Assembly (NCBI RefSeq): GCF_020745735.1
Contig: NC_083404.1
Location: forward strand, 94,797,731-94,861,730
DNA from: Hemiscyllium ocellatum
Taxonomy: Eukaryota
Direction of reading: 5' to 3'
DNA: 64,000 nucleotides
Shown: positions 11,238 to 25,254 of the stretch, piece by piece
How positions within the stretch are numbered: position 1 is the stretch's first letter
Layout of the letters: each line of letters starts with the position of its first letter
The notes under the pieces: generated by a model
Told to the model about the DNA's origin: nothing
Seen by the model: only the letters and a program-made list of their open reading frames with translations
The model's database searches: none
Position numbers and translations under genes: made by a program

Positions 11238-11970
11238 CAAAATCTAATGCAGAATCAGTGTAGAGTTTGTACTGTCAACTGTAAACCAGTGTGTACCGGA
11301 AACTGGAACTGCTTTGGTTTGCAGTTGACAGTATAAACAGGGCATAATTGATAAAGTTAAACTTTTTTTTCAAGTGACAAATGAGATAAACAGAATTACA
11401 CACTGTTCTGCATTGATTTAAGACGAAACAGATCACAAGATCCAATTTAATTCTAATCTGATGAATCATTATGTCAACATGTAAAGCCAGTTAGAAAGGC
11501 GTAGAACTGAAATTCATAGTGACTTCTCAAAAATGAAAATTTAAACCTGTTTTAATGTATAGAAAAATTGAACAGTGAAATTAATGACATTCAGTTAGGA
11601 AATCCTTGAGTTTTGATTCAGGAAAAATGGTGGCAGCTGACTTCCAAGCTACCTTTGTGTTAATCAACCTGGACAGACTGAGGTATTCTGGAGTAATAAA
11701 TCTGTTTGCCACATCTCCTGCGCCTTCTTATTGCATGTCTTGAAACAAGTATTAAATCAGAACTAATACGTTAAATATCACCTCGGCTCAGTTTCTTCTC
11801 AGTGAGTTGTGACTACCTGCTTGAGGACTGAATCTAAATGGATGTTTCACTGGGGTACTGTGGGGGTATTATATTGTCAGAGAAGCCAATTTTGGCAGAC
11901 TTATTCAACTCCAGTTCAAGAGCATCTTCTGTTCTTCATTGGTGTCTAACCCATGCTCATCCTGCAGCTA

Positions 11971-12450
11971 GTAAAAAATGAGGTCTGCAGATGTTGGAGA
12001 TCACAGCTGAAAATGTGTTGCTGGTCAAAGCATAGCAGGCCAGGCAGCATCTCAGGAATAGGGAATTCGACGTTTCGAGTATAAGCCCTTCATCAGGAAT
12101 GAGAGAGAGTGTAGCCAAGCAGGCTAAGATAAAAGGTAGGGAGGAGGGACTTGGGGGAGGGGCGATGGAGGTGGGATAGGTGGAAGGAGGTCAAGGTGAG
12201 GGTGATAGGCCGGAGTGGGGTGGGGGCGGAGAGGTCAGGAAGGAGATTGCAGGTTAGGAGGGCGGTGCTGAGTTGAGGGAACTGACTGAGACAAGGTGGG
12301 GGGAGGGGAAATGAGGAAACTGGAGAAATCTGAATTCATACCTTGTGGTTGGAGGGTTTCCAGGCGGAAGATGAGGTGCTTCTCCTCCAGCCGTCGTGTT
12401 GTTATGTTCTGCCGGTGGAGGAGTCCAAGGACCTGCATGTCCTCGGTGGT
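11971..12450 (-). mobile_element. Penelope-like element 3' fragment (family A) with hammerhead motif
   Basis: The minus ORF encodes a GIY-YIG C-terminus (RRLEEKHLIFRLETLQPQGMN). Minus strand 12100-12065 reads ATTC-CTGATGA-AGGGCTTATACTC-GAAACGTC-GAAT. Confidence 0.85.
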
Positions 12451-12700
12451 TACATGCTCATTCATTTGATGTTTTTTGGGGAAAAAAAACTGATTTATTT
12501 GTCTTATAATGGGTAATGCGCTTCAGAACTAATCCAGTGGTTGTGAAATATTCCATGATGTCCCAGGGCTGTGATAAAGGGATACTGATAGACTTGTTGC
12601 ATAATTAAGGTCCCTGGCATTAAAGTGGCACTGCAATGAATATATGGATATCACTTTCAGCCAGAAAGCAGAGCATTGTAGATTGTTGAAATATATAGTT

Positions 12701-13805
12701 TGAGATTTTACAGAAGATTTGTAGCTCAGGTTGCTAGTTTGCTCGCTGAGCTAATGGGTTTGTCCTCCGATGTTTCATCACCATGCTAGGTAACACCCAC
12801 AGTGAGCCTCTAGTGAAGGGTTCGTGTCTTGTCCCACTTGCTATTATTGGATCTTGGTTTGTTGTAGTGGGTGAGATCATTTCCAGTTCTGTATCTGAGA
12901 GGTTGGCAAATGGGGTCCAAATCTATATGGAGTTGTTAATGGAGTTCTGGTTTGAATGCCAGGCCTCTAGGAATTTCTGCGTGTGTATCTGTTTGGCCTA
13001 TCCCAGGATGGATATATTGTCCCAGCTGAACTGGTGTCCCTCTTTAGTGTCTGTGTATAGATACCAGTGATTGTTGGACGTGTTTTTTGGTGGCTAGTTA
13101 GTGCTTTTTTTTTTGCCTAGTGGCTAGTTTCCTGCCACTTTGTCCAGTGTAATGTTTGGAACAGCATTTACCTGATAAGCGCAGTCTGCCAATTCCTGCA
13201 CAACAGACCTAAACAGGAAGACAGCACGTCCAGAAACTGTAGTCAAAAACATTTCTGAAATGACCACCAGACTATTCTGGCCCCGAGGCATCATGGTAGC
13301 CCACAAACCTACTATCAACTTCATCAGTAGTTGTTTAGTTTAATGGGCCCCGTATCCACAACCAGCAGAACGAATGTGATATAGAGATTACCCTGAAAAT
13401 CTGTATCAAATATTACATTGAACAAACCGGCCAGAAACAAGCCACCAGGATACATGAGGATCAGCTAGCCATCAAAAGACACGACCAACAATCACTTGTA
13501 TCCATGCACACAGACGGAGAGGGACACCAATTCAAATGGATAATAATCTATCCTGGGATAGACGTACAGGAATTCCTAGAGGGCTGGCATTTAAACCAGC
13601 ACTCCAATAACAACTCCATTCACCAACCTCTCAAATACAGAACTGGAAATGATACCAGCCACCAATACAAATTAAGACCCATAAATAGCAAGTGGCACAA
13701 GACATCAACGCTTCACTGGAAGCTCACTAATGATGTTACCTAGCATGGTGACGTAATGTCTGAGAACAGCCCCATCAGCTCAGCAAGCAAACTGATAACC
13801 TAAAA
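12701..13805. mobile_element. Penelope-like element (family B) in inverted arrangement
   Basis: 12735-13130 is the reverse complement of ~13460-13805. The plus half encodes GIY-YIG remnants (YYIEQTGQKQATRIHEDQLAIKRHD) and a decayed hammerhead at ~13725-13762. Confidence 0.8.
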
Positions 13806-13909
13806 TATAGAGTGATATCTATTAGGCTTAGTTTCGACCACTGCTCTTTTGTTATGATAATGATCAGGTATTGTGTATAATTGTATGTAGATGTATCATT
13901 TTCAAATTT

Positions 13910-14105
13910 AAAGTTAAATCACACAACACCTGGTTATAGTCCAATCGGTTTATTTGGAAGCACTAGCTTTTAGAGCGCTGCACAAATCCCTAAGGAGGGA
14001 GCAGCGCTCTGAAAGCTAGTGCTTCCAAATACCCCTGTTAGACTATAAGCAGGTGTTGTGTGATTTCTACCATTGTACGCCCCAGTCCAACACTGGCATC
14101 TCCAA
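13910..14105. mobile_element. Fold-back mini-element derived from PLE family C terminal repeat
   Basis: Inverted arms AAATCACACAACACCTG...GAGCGCTG / CAGCGCTC...GGTGTTGTGTGATTT, flanked by near-identical ATCATT(T)TCAAATTT at 13895-13909 and 14106-14119. Confidence 0.8.
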
Positions 14106-14199
14106 ATCATTTCAAATTTTATGATGACACAGAACATGAAGAAAACTAACTCCAGTAAAGTGGAACCTGCAAGGGTAGAGCTTAGCACACCAAAAGACA

Positions 14200-17100
14200 G
14201 AAAACTAGTGGTTGATTTACATAGACCTCTAAACTGTCGTGGTATGTTGGGGAAGGCCTAAACAAAAGAAGTTAGAAATGCAAACAATAAAGGTACAGCT
14301 GCAATTCTGGGCAACATTGATTATCCAAATCTATGTTAATTAAAAGAATTGAGTCAATATTGTTGAGGAATACCTGCGCTGTGTATAAGCTGGTTTCTGG
14401 ATCAATATATTGGGGAGCTAATGAGACAGCAGGCCATTTGAGACGGTATTATGAAATGAGAAAGGAATAATTGGCAATGTAGTTGCTCAAGATGAGGAAG
14501 AATGATCATTAGGTTAGTATTCTTTCAGGTGCAGAGTGTTGTAGGTGCTTCTGAATCAAAATGAAACTACAGTACTATGCAGTATGAGTTGCAAAGGTAA
14601 ATTGGGAAGCGCTTCTTAAATGGATGACAGTGGATAGGCAATGACTAATATTTAAGCGAGGCATGGAGGAATTACAACAATTGTTAATTCCTGACTGGTG
14701 CAAAACCAAAACTGTAGAGGTGACCTGGCCATATCTAACAATGGAAATTAGGATAGTATTATATCCAATTCAGGGTGTACAAAATGTCTAAAGAAAAAGC
14801 ATCCATGAGGATTGGGAGTAGTTTAGATTTTAGCAAATGGGGGACAAAGGGATTGATTTATGTGAGGTAAAATAGGGTACAAGAAACATACAGGGATCAT
14901 ACAAACAGTAATTTCTTTTATAGAAATGTGAAGAGAAAAAGATAAGTGAAGGTCCCTTACAGTCAGAAACAGGGAAGTTTTACAATGGGGAAAAAGATGG
15001 CAGACTGATAGAATCAAAGCCTGTATTTTGTCTTCACAATTGAGTACACAAATAATGCCCCAAAATGGGCACTTCAGGGTGTAATGAGAGGGAGGAACTG
15101 GGAAAAAAAAATAGTAGTAGTATGGAAGTACTACTACTTCCATTGGGGAAGTTCATCATCAGTTTAATGGCTGATTAAATCCCAATTTCCAAGAATCTTG
15201 TCTCTCCTGAAAGTCCAACTAATCTACATTCATTAGCTCTCACTTATCAACTCTTCTAGTTGTGTGCTTGAAAACCTCCTGTAGCTTTGTCCAGCATAAT
15301 TTCCCTTTCATAAGTCCATGATGACTCTGCGATGATACCACTGTTTTCCATGTGCTCTGCTATTAAATCTTTTAGAATGGACTCTAGCATTTTCTCCATT
15401 ACCAATGTCAGGTCTATGCATTCCTGTTTCCTCTCTGCATTTTTTTAAACAATGGGGTTGCATTAGCTACCCTCCAATCTATCGGAACTGTACCAGAGAC
15501 TATAGAAATCTTGAATGATGTCCAGCAATGTATCCACAGTTTCTATTGTCCCTTCCTTGTGCATTCTGAACTTTCAGAAAATTCTTGATGAAGTTCCTCA
15601 TAAGAGGTTACTGTGTACTGACATAGATAGAGAACTGGTTGGTAGACAGGAAACAAAAAGAACTGGAATAAATAGGTTTTTTTTCCCAAGTGGCACACAG
15701 TGAAGAAAGCAAATGGATTGTTGGGTATTGCAGGATTAGTGCTTGGACCCCACCTATTCACTATGTATTAATGATTTAGATGAGGGAACTAAATGTCTTT
15801 AGTCTGCAGGTGATACAAAGCTGGGTGGAAGGGTAAATTGTGAGGAGGATGCAGCAAATCTTCATTGTGATTTGGGCAAGTTGATTGAGTGGGCAGATGA
15901 TTTGCAGATGAAGTATAATCTGGATAAGTGTAAGATATAGCAAAAAACACAAAGCAGGTTATCTGAATGACAGTAGATTGGGAAGAGGAATAGTGCAACA
16001 AGACCTGTGTCTTTGTAAACCAGTTGCTGAAAATAAGCATTCATGGTGCAGCCGGCAGTGAAGAAAGCTAATGGTATGTTGGCCTTTATAATGAGAGGAT
16101 TCAAGTATAGGATCAGGGATGTTTTGCTGCGATTGTACAGGGCCTTAATGAGACTATGTTTGAATTACTGGGTGCAGGTTCTGTATCCTTATGTGAGGAA
16201 AGATGTTCTGGCGATAGAGAGAATGCAACAAAATTTTACCAGACTGATTCTCTACATTCGGGAGACAGGACGCTTACTCGCAGAGCGCTTCAGAGAACAT
16301 CTCCACGACGCACTCAACAATCAACCCCACCACCCCATGGCTGAACACTTCAACTCCCCCTCCCACTCTGCCAAGGACATGCATGTCTCCATCGCCACTC
16401 CCTTACCACCCAATGCCTGGAGGAAGAATGCTTCATCTTCTGCCTTGGGACCCTCCAACCCCATGGCATCAATGTGGATTTCACCAGTTTCCTCAGTTTC
16501 CCTATCTCCTCCCCCACCTTACTCCAGTTCCACCCTTCCAGCTCAGCACCGTCCTCATGACCTGTCCCACTTGTCAATCTTCCTTCCCATCTATCTGCTC
16601 CACCCTCCCCTCCGAACTATTACCTTTACTCCCACTTCCAACCACCTAATGCACTCTCAGCTACCTTCCCTGGCCCACTCCTCTCCCATTTATCTCTCCA
16701 CCCCCAAGGCTCCCAGCCTCATTTCTGGTAAAGAGCTTTTTAAAAAAGAACATTAAAATGTTTTTTTCCTGCTCCTTGAATGGTGCCTGATGTGTTGTGC
16801 TTTTCCAGCACCACACTCTTGACTCTAATCTCCGGCATCTGCAGTGTTCATTTTCACCCGCCTCGTTCCTGAGATGACAGGACTGATTAATGAAGAGAGT
16901 TTGAATTAGTTAGGATTATATACGTTGCTGTTTGAGAAATCAGAGGAATCTGATAGCCTATACGATTCTAACTGGACAACACGAGGTAAATGCAGGAAGG
17001 ATGTTCCTGATGATTAGGGAGAATCAGGGGTCACAGTCTAAGGATATGGAGTAGGCCATTTAGGATAGAGATGAGAAATTTCTTCACCTAGAGAATGGTG

Positions 17101-17280
17101 AGCCTGTGGAATTCTCTGCCATAGAATGAGACTGAAACATTGAATACTTTCAGGAAGGAGTTAAATATAGTTCCTAGAGTTGAAAGGCAGAAAATGTATG
17201 GAGAGAAAGCAGGAATAGTTTGCTGAGTTACATAACCATATTGAATGGTGGAGAAAGCATGAGCAGAATGACCTTTTAAG
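14200..17280 (+). mobile_element. Old CR1 (APE remnant, inverted segment ~15190-15550, RT C-terminus and 3' tail) with a PLE insertion
   Basis: LNFQKILDEVPHKRLL, VKKANGMLAFIMRGFKYR and LRLYRALMR motifs, plus a CR1-type 3' region. Confidence 0.75.
16250..16860 (+). mobile_element. Penelope-like element 3' fragment (GIY-YIG half plus terminal repeat)
   Basis: LYIRETGRLLAERFREHL...HPMAEHFNSPSH, followed by a C-rich 3' region and tail ...CCGGCATCTGCAG. Confidence 0.85.
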
Positions 17281-17429
17281 ACTATACTGGGGATCATCCT
17301 AATGAACTGCCTCCAATTAAAGCTGTGCTGCAACTTCCTGCCGTTTTCTCTGTTTATGGTTTTCTCTCGCTCCTAAATTTTACGTCTCTAAAGTCATTTA
17401 AGTGATGAATAAAATAATGGCTGACTTCG

Positions 17430-18290
17430 TAAAGATGTAGAATGGTGAAATTGAGCAACTTGATTGGGAAAGCAATGAGGTGGTATGTATTAATTTTGAG
17501 TAATGAGAATGTAGCGAGAGAGACACCTGTAGGTTCATGTGGTGAGACAAGTTTATAAATCTGCTTTCAAAAGTGCACAAGAGGATTGTTAGCTTTCGAA
17601 TTCGATGTTTATAGTTATTGATTTGGGAGTCAACAACACTTTCAAGGATACTGGTTAGATCACAGCCAATTGTCAAATTTTTGACTTTAGAAAGAAAATC
17701 AAGACCTTCGGGATTTGCTAGAATGAACCAGCGAAGAGGGATTTCAGTTATGTGCGGAGACTGGTGTAGTCTGGAATTTTCTTGCTTTTCAGCAGAAAAG
17801 GGTAAATAATGATTTAATAAAAATTACAGGCATTTATGTAGCCTCTTACATGATCACTGGAAGTGCCAACATGCTTTGCAGGCATTATTGCAGTGAAATG
17901 CCAGCCTAGATTCTTATGGTGGCATCCTGGGTCTATAATCTGCCTGTCTGCCCCATGTTTGAGTGTTATGGAGATATTCAGAATTACAGAAGGTCTTGAT
18001 AAAGTAGCAAGAGAGAAAAAGAAGATGGAGTACAATGTCAGATGGATCTAGATTAAGGTTGTTGGGAAAACTACAGCAGGGTTAGACTTACTGTAATTGG
18101 GAATGCATTGTCTGCAAGGTTGGTGGAATGGGGAACCAGTCCAAGTTTTCAAGAGCTAATTGGATCTCATTAAAAAGGAGATATTTACAAGACTGGAGGA
18201 AAAGATCAGGGGATTGGTATCTCTTGCAGCATGTCGCCACCACAGACTAGATGGACAAAATTGTCTCCTAATGTGCTGCATAGTTCTGTG
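17430..18290 (+). mobile_element. Very old CR1 3' fragment
   Basis: Degenerate CR1 RT C-terminus and tail-like sequence. Confidence 0.5.
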
Positions 18291-19664
18291 CAATTGAAGT
18301 TCTTATTCACATAAGAGAAAAAGTAAACATGTTTCCCTATTTAAGGTATTTCCAGATACTTTGGGCATTTATCTTAGGCTTTGAAAAAATTGAGATTTAA
18401 TCCAACTTGGTTTTATGCTTGTTTTTGTCTATATTTTGAAAATTTTGGTTCTTTAAACTTGACATGAAGTCAATAAATGTAAAAAATAAATTATGAAATG
18501 CCTGTTCTTTGTGTTTGCAGTGAGTTTCAGCCTTAATCTCAACTCACTTTGTAGTTTTTCCTCAGTATATTTTTTAACCTCTTCTGTATAAACTGTATCC
18601 TTAACCATATTCGCAGCTTCATCCTTTGCTGTTTTGTGTAGTCTCTATGCTTATTGTGTTGTCTACAGACAAAGAAATCTCTGACAATTTCCATGTGTTT
18701 CTCACTACTTGCGTCCTCTGAGCCTTCCAATCACTCTGATTTCTGTATCAATTTTGTAATATTTTCTAATCGACCTGTTCAGAGATATCAATACATGTTT
18801 CTGCTGCAGGTGGGACTTGAGCTGAACCTTCCTGGCTAAGGTGCACTCAGTACAATTGTACCATGAGGCTATTTTTTAAAAAATTGGCAAGTCATTTGTA
18901 GCTGCATTTGCAATTCAGGCTCCAATTGTCAAACTTATTTCTGAGCAATTGAGATGATATTTCTGCAGTTATCCTGTCTGCTTGGGTATTGCCTAATCCC
19001 TGTCATTGTCCTTGACACCAGTGAAGTTCTTGCTCTCTTCTATCCTGCTAATTTTTCCATCCTGGTCCAGTATATGCACATTTCTTTTAGTCATTGCGCA
19101 TTGCCTGATACGACTGGATGACTTCAGCATTATTGGACTTTACTAATTTCTGCTATAACTGGTAACCATTCCAGGGCACAAAGATAAATTTAACCTTGTT
19201 TATTCTATTAACAGATCTTTTATTCAATCTCTTTACCATGTTTTCGTCATCTCCATCTTCACCTTTAGCAACTGTTCAGAATTCATATACGTTTAGCAGT
19301 ATCATCATGTTTATGATCTAATTTTAATGCCTCGTACTTACATAGATTAAAATAATTTAAAGGCAAAATGGCCACGGTTATCAGTTGATCACGCAGGTTA
19401 GCCAAGCTTCAAGAAACTCTTAGAATAAACAAAATCATCTGGAAGTGTTTAGAGAGATATGGGCCAAATGCTGCCATATGGGACTAGATTTATATAGGAT
19501 ATCTAGTTGGTCTGGATGAATTGCACTGAAAGGTTTGTTTTCATGCTATACATCTCGCTGATTCAATGTCTATCTGCGCTGAAATTAACATTTTTAAAAT
19601 CAAAATACACTAAAACTATTCTACCCAGATAAGCATAAAGAAATCCCCATTTCTCACTTTATAA

Positions 19665-20590
19665 AGTCATACAACATGGAAACAGACCCTTCGATTGAAC
19701 CAGTCCATGCCAACCATAATCCCAAACTAAACTAGTCTGACTTGCCTGCACTTGGCCTATATTCCTCCAAACATTTCTTATTTATGTACTTATCTAAATG
19801 TCTCTTCAACATTGTAACTTTACCTGCATCCACCATTTCCTCTGGATGTTCATCCACATGTGAATCACCCTCCTTGGGGAAGAAAAATGGCCCTCATGTC
19901 TCTTTTAAATCTTTCCCCTCTTCCCTTTAAAAATATGCCCCCAGTCCTGAAATTCCCCCACCTGAGGAAAAAGATATGTCATTCACTTTATCTGTACCCT
20001 GATGATTTTATAAACCTCCATAGGATCACAACTCAACCCTCTACACTCCAGTGAAAAAAGTCCAGGCCTCTCCCAATAACTCAAACCATTCATTCCTGAC
20101 AACATCCTGACAAACCTCTTCTGAATTGTCTCCAGTTTAGTAGTATCCTTCCTATCCAGAATTGGACATGGTACTCCAGAAGAGGCCTTGCTAACGTCTT
20201 GTACAACCTCCACATAATGTCCCAACTCATACTCAAAGGTCTCAGCAATGAAGGCAAGTGTGCCAAATGCCTTCTTAACCACCCTATCCATATGTAATGC
20301 AAACCTCAAAGAATTATGAATCTGAACCCCTAGGTATCTCAGTTCTACAACTCTACCCAGAGTTCTTCTTTTCATTGAAAAAAATCCTGCCTCGTTTGTT
20401 TTACTAAAATGCAGCACCTCGTATTTATACAAATTAAACTCCATCTGCCACTCTTCAGCCCATTGACCTGATAGATCAAGATCTCTGTAATCTAACATAT
20501 TTTCTGTTCACTATACCACCAATCTTGGGGTCATCTGCAAACTTATTAACCGTACCTTCTATATTCTCCTCTAAATCATTTATACATGGT
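19665..20590 (-). mobile_element. CR1 3' end
   Basis: Minus ORF QWAEEWQMEFNLYKYEVLHF...DRVVKKAFGTLAFI, with the 3' tail GGGTCTGTTTCCATGTTGTATGAC. Confidence 0.9.
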
Positions 20591-20968
20591 TAGGGTGGAT
20601 ATTACAGGGCCCCTTGCAGAAATACTTGTATCATGAATAATTATGGATGGGGTGCCGGATGACTAGAAAGTGGCTAATGTTGTGCCTTTATTTAAGAAGG
20701 GATGCAAGGAGAAGCCTAAGAACTATAAACTTGTGAAGCTGACTTCAGTGGTGGGTAAGTTGCTAGGAATAATTCTGAAAGATAGGATTTATATGCATTT
20801 GGATAGGCAAGGAATGATCAGGGATGGTCAGCATGGCTTTGTGCGAGGGAATTTGTATGTCAGAAGCTTGATTGAGTTTTTTTTTGAGGAAGTAACTAAG
20901 AAAATTGAGGGCAGAGTATTGACTTCATTTTCTTGGACTTTACTGAAGCCTTTGACATGGTTCCACAC
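20590..20968 (+). mobile_element. CR1 RT fragment (continues at 25255-25775)
   Basis: ANVVPLFKKGCKEKPKNYKLVKLTSVVGKLL...QHGFV. The reading resumes after the minus-strand insertion. Confidence 0.85.
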
Positions 20969-23900
20969 AGAGTCATAGAAATGGACAGCACGAAAACAGA
21001 TCCTTTGGTCCAACTTGACCATGCTGACCAGATATCCTAACCTAGTCTAGTCCCGTTTGCTAGCACTTGGCCAATTTCCTTCTAAACCCTTCCTATTCAT
21101 GGACCCATCCAGATGCCTTTTTAAATGTAATTGTACCAGCCTCCACCACTTCCTGTGGCTGCTCATTCCACACATGCGTCACTCTGCATGAAAAAGATGC
21201 CCCTTAGGTCCCTTTTTAAAATTTTTCCTCCCTCACCCTAAACCTATGCCCTCTAGTTCTGGACTCTTTCCTCTCTTCTCCTCTCCTCCTCTCTTTTCTC
21301 CTCCCCCCCCCCCCCCCCCCCCCCCCCCCCAAATCCCAGGGGAAAAATCCTTGTCTCTTTACCCTATCCATGCCCCTCATGATTTACAAACTTCTATAAG
21401 GTCTCCCTTCGGTCTCTGCTGCTCCAGGGAAAACAGCCCCAGCCTATCGGCCTCTCCTTAAAGCTCAAACCCTCCAAACCTGGCAACATGCTTGTAAATC
21501 TTTTCTGAACCCTTTCAAGTTTCGCAACATCATTCCAATAGAGACCAGAATTGCGCACACTATTCCAAAAGTTTCCTGACCAATGTCCTGTACAGCCATA
21601 ACATGACCTTTTCAACTCTTATGTTCAATGCTCTGACCAATAAAGGAAAGCATACCAAAGCCACCTTCACCATCCCATCTACCTGCGACTCTACTTTCAA
21701 GGAGTTCTGAACCTGCACTCCAAGGTCTCTGTGTTTATAAAGAAAACTGCCCAGGACCTTACCATTAAGTGTATAAGTCCTGCTCTGTTTTATCTTTGCA
21801 AAATGTAGCACCTCACATATATCTAAATTAAACTCTATCTGCCGCTCCTCAGCCTATTGGCCCATCTGATTAAGATTCCATTGTACTCCGAGGTAAATTT
21901 CTTCGCTGACCACTACACCTCCAATTTTGATGTCATCTGCAAACTTGCTAACTATACCTCCTATGTTCATTTAATAAATGACAAAGCAGTGGACCCAACA
22001 CCGATCCTTATGGCACATGACTGGTCACAGGCCTCCAGTCTGGAAAGCAACTCTCCACCACCATTCTGTCTTCCACCTTCGAGCCAGGTCTGCATCCAAA
22101 TGGCTAATTCTCTGTATATTCCATGAGATCTAACCTTGCTAACCAGTCTACCATGAGGAACCTTGTTGATCATGCCCACTTCTCTGGCCTCCTCCATACT
22201 CTTTGTTACTTTACAAAAATTTCAATCAAGTTCATGAGACATGATTTTCAGTGCACAAAGCCCTGTTGACTATCCCTAATCAGCCCTTGCCTTTACAAAT
22301 GCATGTCAAACATGCCCCTCCGGATTCTCTCCAACAACTTGCCCACCACTGATGTCAGGCTCACCGTTCTTTAGTTCCCTGGCTTTTCCTTTCTTAAATA
22401 ATGGCACCACGTTAGCCAACCTCCAGTCTTCTCGCATCTCACCTGTGACTTATTGATGATACAAATATCTCCGCAAGAGGCCCAGCAATCACTTTTCTAA
22501 CTTCCCACAGAGTTCTAGGGTACACCTGATCAGGTCCTGGGGATTTATCCACTTTTATGCATCTTAAGACATCCAGCACTACTTCTTCTCTAATATGGAT
22601 ATTTTTCAGCAAGTCACCATGTTTCCCCACATTGTATATCTTCAAAGTCCTTCTCCACAGTAATCACTGATGCACGCTACTCTTATCTCCCCCATCTCCT
22701 GTGGTTCCACACATCGGCTATCTTGCTGATCTTTGAGGGGCTCTATTCTCTCCCTAGTTACCCTTTGTCCTTAATGTATTTATAAAATCCCTTTGGGTTC
22801 TCCTTAACCCTATTTGCCAAAGCTATCTTGTGTCCCCTTTTTGCCTTCCTGATTTCCCTCAAGTGTACTCCTACTGCCTTTCAACTCTCTTAAGGATTCA
22901 CTTGATCTCTGCTGTCTATACCTGACATATGCTTCTTTCTTTTTCTTAGCAAAGACCTCAATTTGTCTCGTCATCCAGCATTCCCTTCACCTACCAGCCT
23001 TTCCTTTTACCCTCTTGAGAGCATACTGTCGCTGGACCCTCGTTATCTCATTTTTGAAGACTTCCCATTTTCTAGCTGTCCCTTTACCTGTAAACATTTG
23101 CACCCAGTCAGCTTTTGAAAGTTCTTGCCTAATGCCGTCAAAATTAGCCTTCCTCCAATTTAGAACCTTTAGATCCAGTCTATCCTCTTCCATCACTATT
23201 TTAAGACTAATCGAATTATGTTCACTGGCCCCAAAGTGCTACCCTGCTGACACCCTTAGTCACCTGCCATGTTTTATTTTCCATGAGTAGGTCAAGTTTT
23301 GCAGCTTCTTTAAATATGTACATTCACATGCTGAATCAGAAAATTTTCTTGTACACACTTAACAAATTCCTCTCCATCTAAATCCTTAACATGATGGCAG
23401 TCCCAGTCTATGTTTGGAAAGTTAAAATTCCCTACCATAACCACTCTATTGTTCTTACAGGTAACTGAGATCCTTACAAATTTGATTCCTCATTTCCCAT
23501 TGAGTATTGGGTAGTTGGGAGGGGGGGGTGCTCTATAATACAATCCCAGTAAGGTGATCATCCTTTTCCTATTTCTCAGTTTTACCTTTCCCAGGATGTA
23601 TTCTCAAGAATATCCTGCCCAAGTACAGCTGTAATGCTATCACTTACAAAAAACACGACTCCCCCCAACCTCCACTTTTTTATCCTTCCTATACCATTTG
23701 TATCCTGGAACATTTAAGCTGCCAGTTCAGTCCAGTCCATCCCTGAACCATATCTCTGTAATTGCTATGATATCCCAGTCGCTTTTGTTTGTTTGACTTG
23801 CTTTTTCCTCAGCTGTACCAGTCTCCGATTGATCTTTTTCCTCACTATTTCCCTGGGTTCCAACCCCCATCCCCCACAATTTGCGGTCCTCCCAAGCAGC

Positions 23901-25250
23901 TCTGGCAAACTCCCTGCCAGTATATTAATTCCCTCCCAATTCTGGTGTAATCTATCCTCCTTGTACAGGTCACTTTTACCCCAGAAAAGATTCTAATGAT
24001 TCAAAAATGTGGACTCTTCTTCCCTGCAACAGGTCCTCAGCCACGTGTTCATCTGCTTTATCCTCCTATTCCTACCGACACTAGCTTGTAGCACCAGAAG
24101 TAATCCAGATATTACTACCCTCGAGGACCTCCTTTTTGAATTTCTGCCTAACTTTGTGTTCTTCCTTCAGTATGTCATTCTTATCCTTTCCTATCTCATT
24201 AGTTCCAATATGTACAATGACCTCTTGCTGGTCCCTCTCCCCCTTGAGAACATTCTGTGGTATCCTTGATTCTGGCACCAGGGAAGCAATGCACCATTCT
24301 GATTTATCGCTGCAGGCCGCAGAAATGTGCATCTATCTGTGCCTCTGACTAGAGAGTCCCCTATGGCAATCGATTGCTAGGAACCTGATGTACCCCTCAT
24401 TACATTAGTTTCTGGTCTGTTTGTGCCATTTTTTCCTGAGAGTTCATCATTCTCTACATTTTCCAAAATAACATACATGTTTGAAATGGGGATAGCCAGA
24501 GGAGACTCCTGCGCTATCTGCCTACCCCTCCTACCTTCTCTGGAATTAACCCATCTACCTGACTGCATCTGCAACTTTTCCCCTTCCTATAACTGCCATC
24601 TATCACCCTCCTTGCCCCTTGCTCCCATAAATTCCTTATTGCCTCTAACGGACACTCCAACCGGTCCATGCAATCTGATAGGATTCACAATGAAAGATGC
24701 TTCCTGCAGACATAATTATCAGTAACATGGAAATTCTCCATAAACACTCACATCCAACAGGAAGAGCACAATCACTGTTCTAAAGGCCATCTTTGCACCT
24801 TAACAATCCACAGACCCCGAAAATAACTCCAACTTATTGATCTTAAAAAAATACTGTTCCAGGCTAACTTAATGCTTATTGCTTATATTTTTAAAAATTT
24901 AATCGAGACAGATCTCAATAAAACACATAATCAAGAAAGAACCCACTCTACTCACTATTGTAGATTTACAGCAAGGCAACACTTAAACAATGCATTTATC
25001 TGTTCTTATGCTATGAGTCTCCCATGCAGGCTCCTCCACATCAGCTGTGAATTTCACTGTTGGATAATTTTTCCTAGGTGCACTCCGATGTCCAGAAATA
25101 CTTGAACTCAAACAGCAAAGTCAATAACTGCAGATTTGCTGCTGTGTCACTATAGGCTTCTTTCTCTGACCATGTGGTCGCTGCCTTTGTCTGTCTTCCT
25201 CCTTTTTAAAGTGCTGTTGTTTTAATCTTTTTTTTCTCCCGAAGTTTCAA
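20968..25250 (-). mobile_element. Near full-length CR1 LINE (5' UTR, ORF1 Cys-rich plus SGNH-esterase-like, ORF2 APE-RT, 3' tail), inactivated
   Basis: ORF1 remnants with Cys motifs near 24700-24790 and VIVHIGTNEIG. ORF2 pieces LNWRKANFDGIRQEL, DKSPGPDQVYPRTL, KVPHGRLVSKVRSHGI and LYRTLVR. 3' tail at ~20970. Confidence 0.9.
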
Positions 25251-25254
25251 AACA

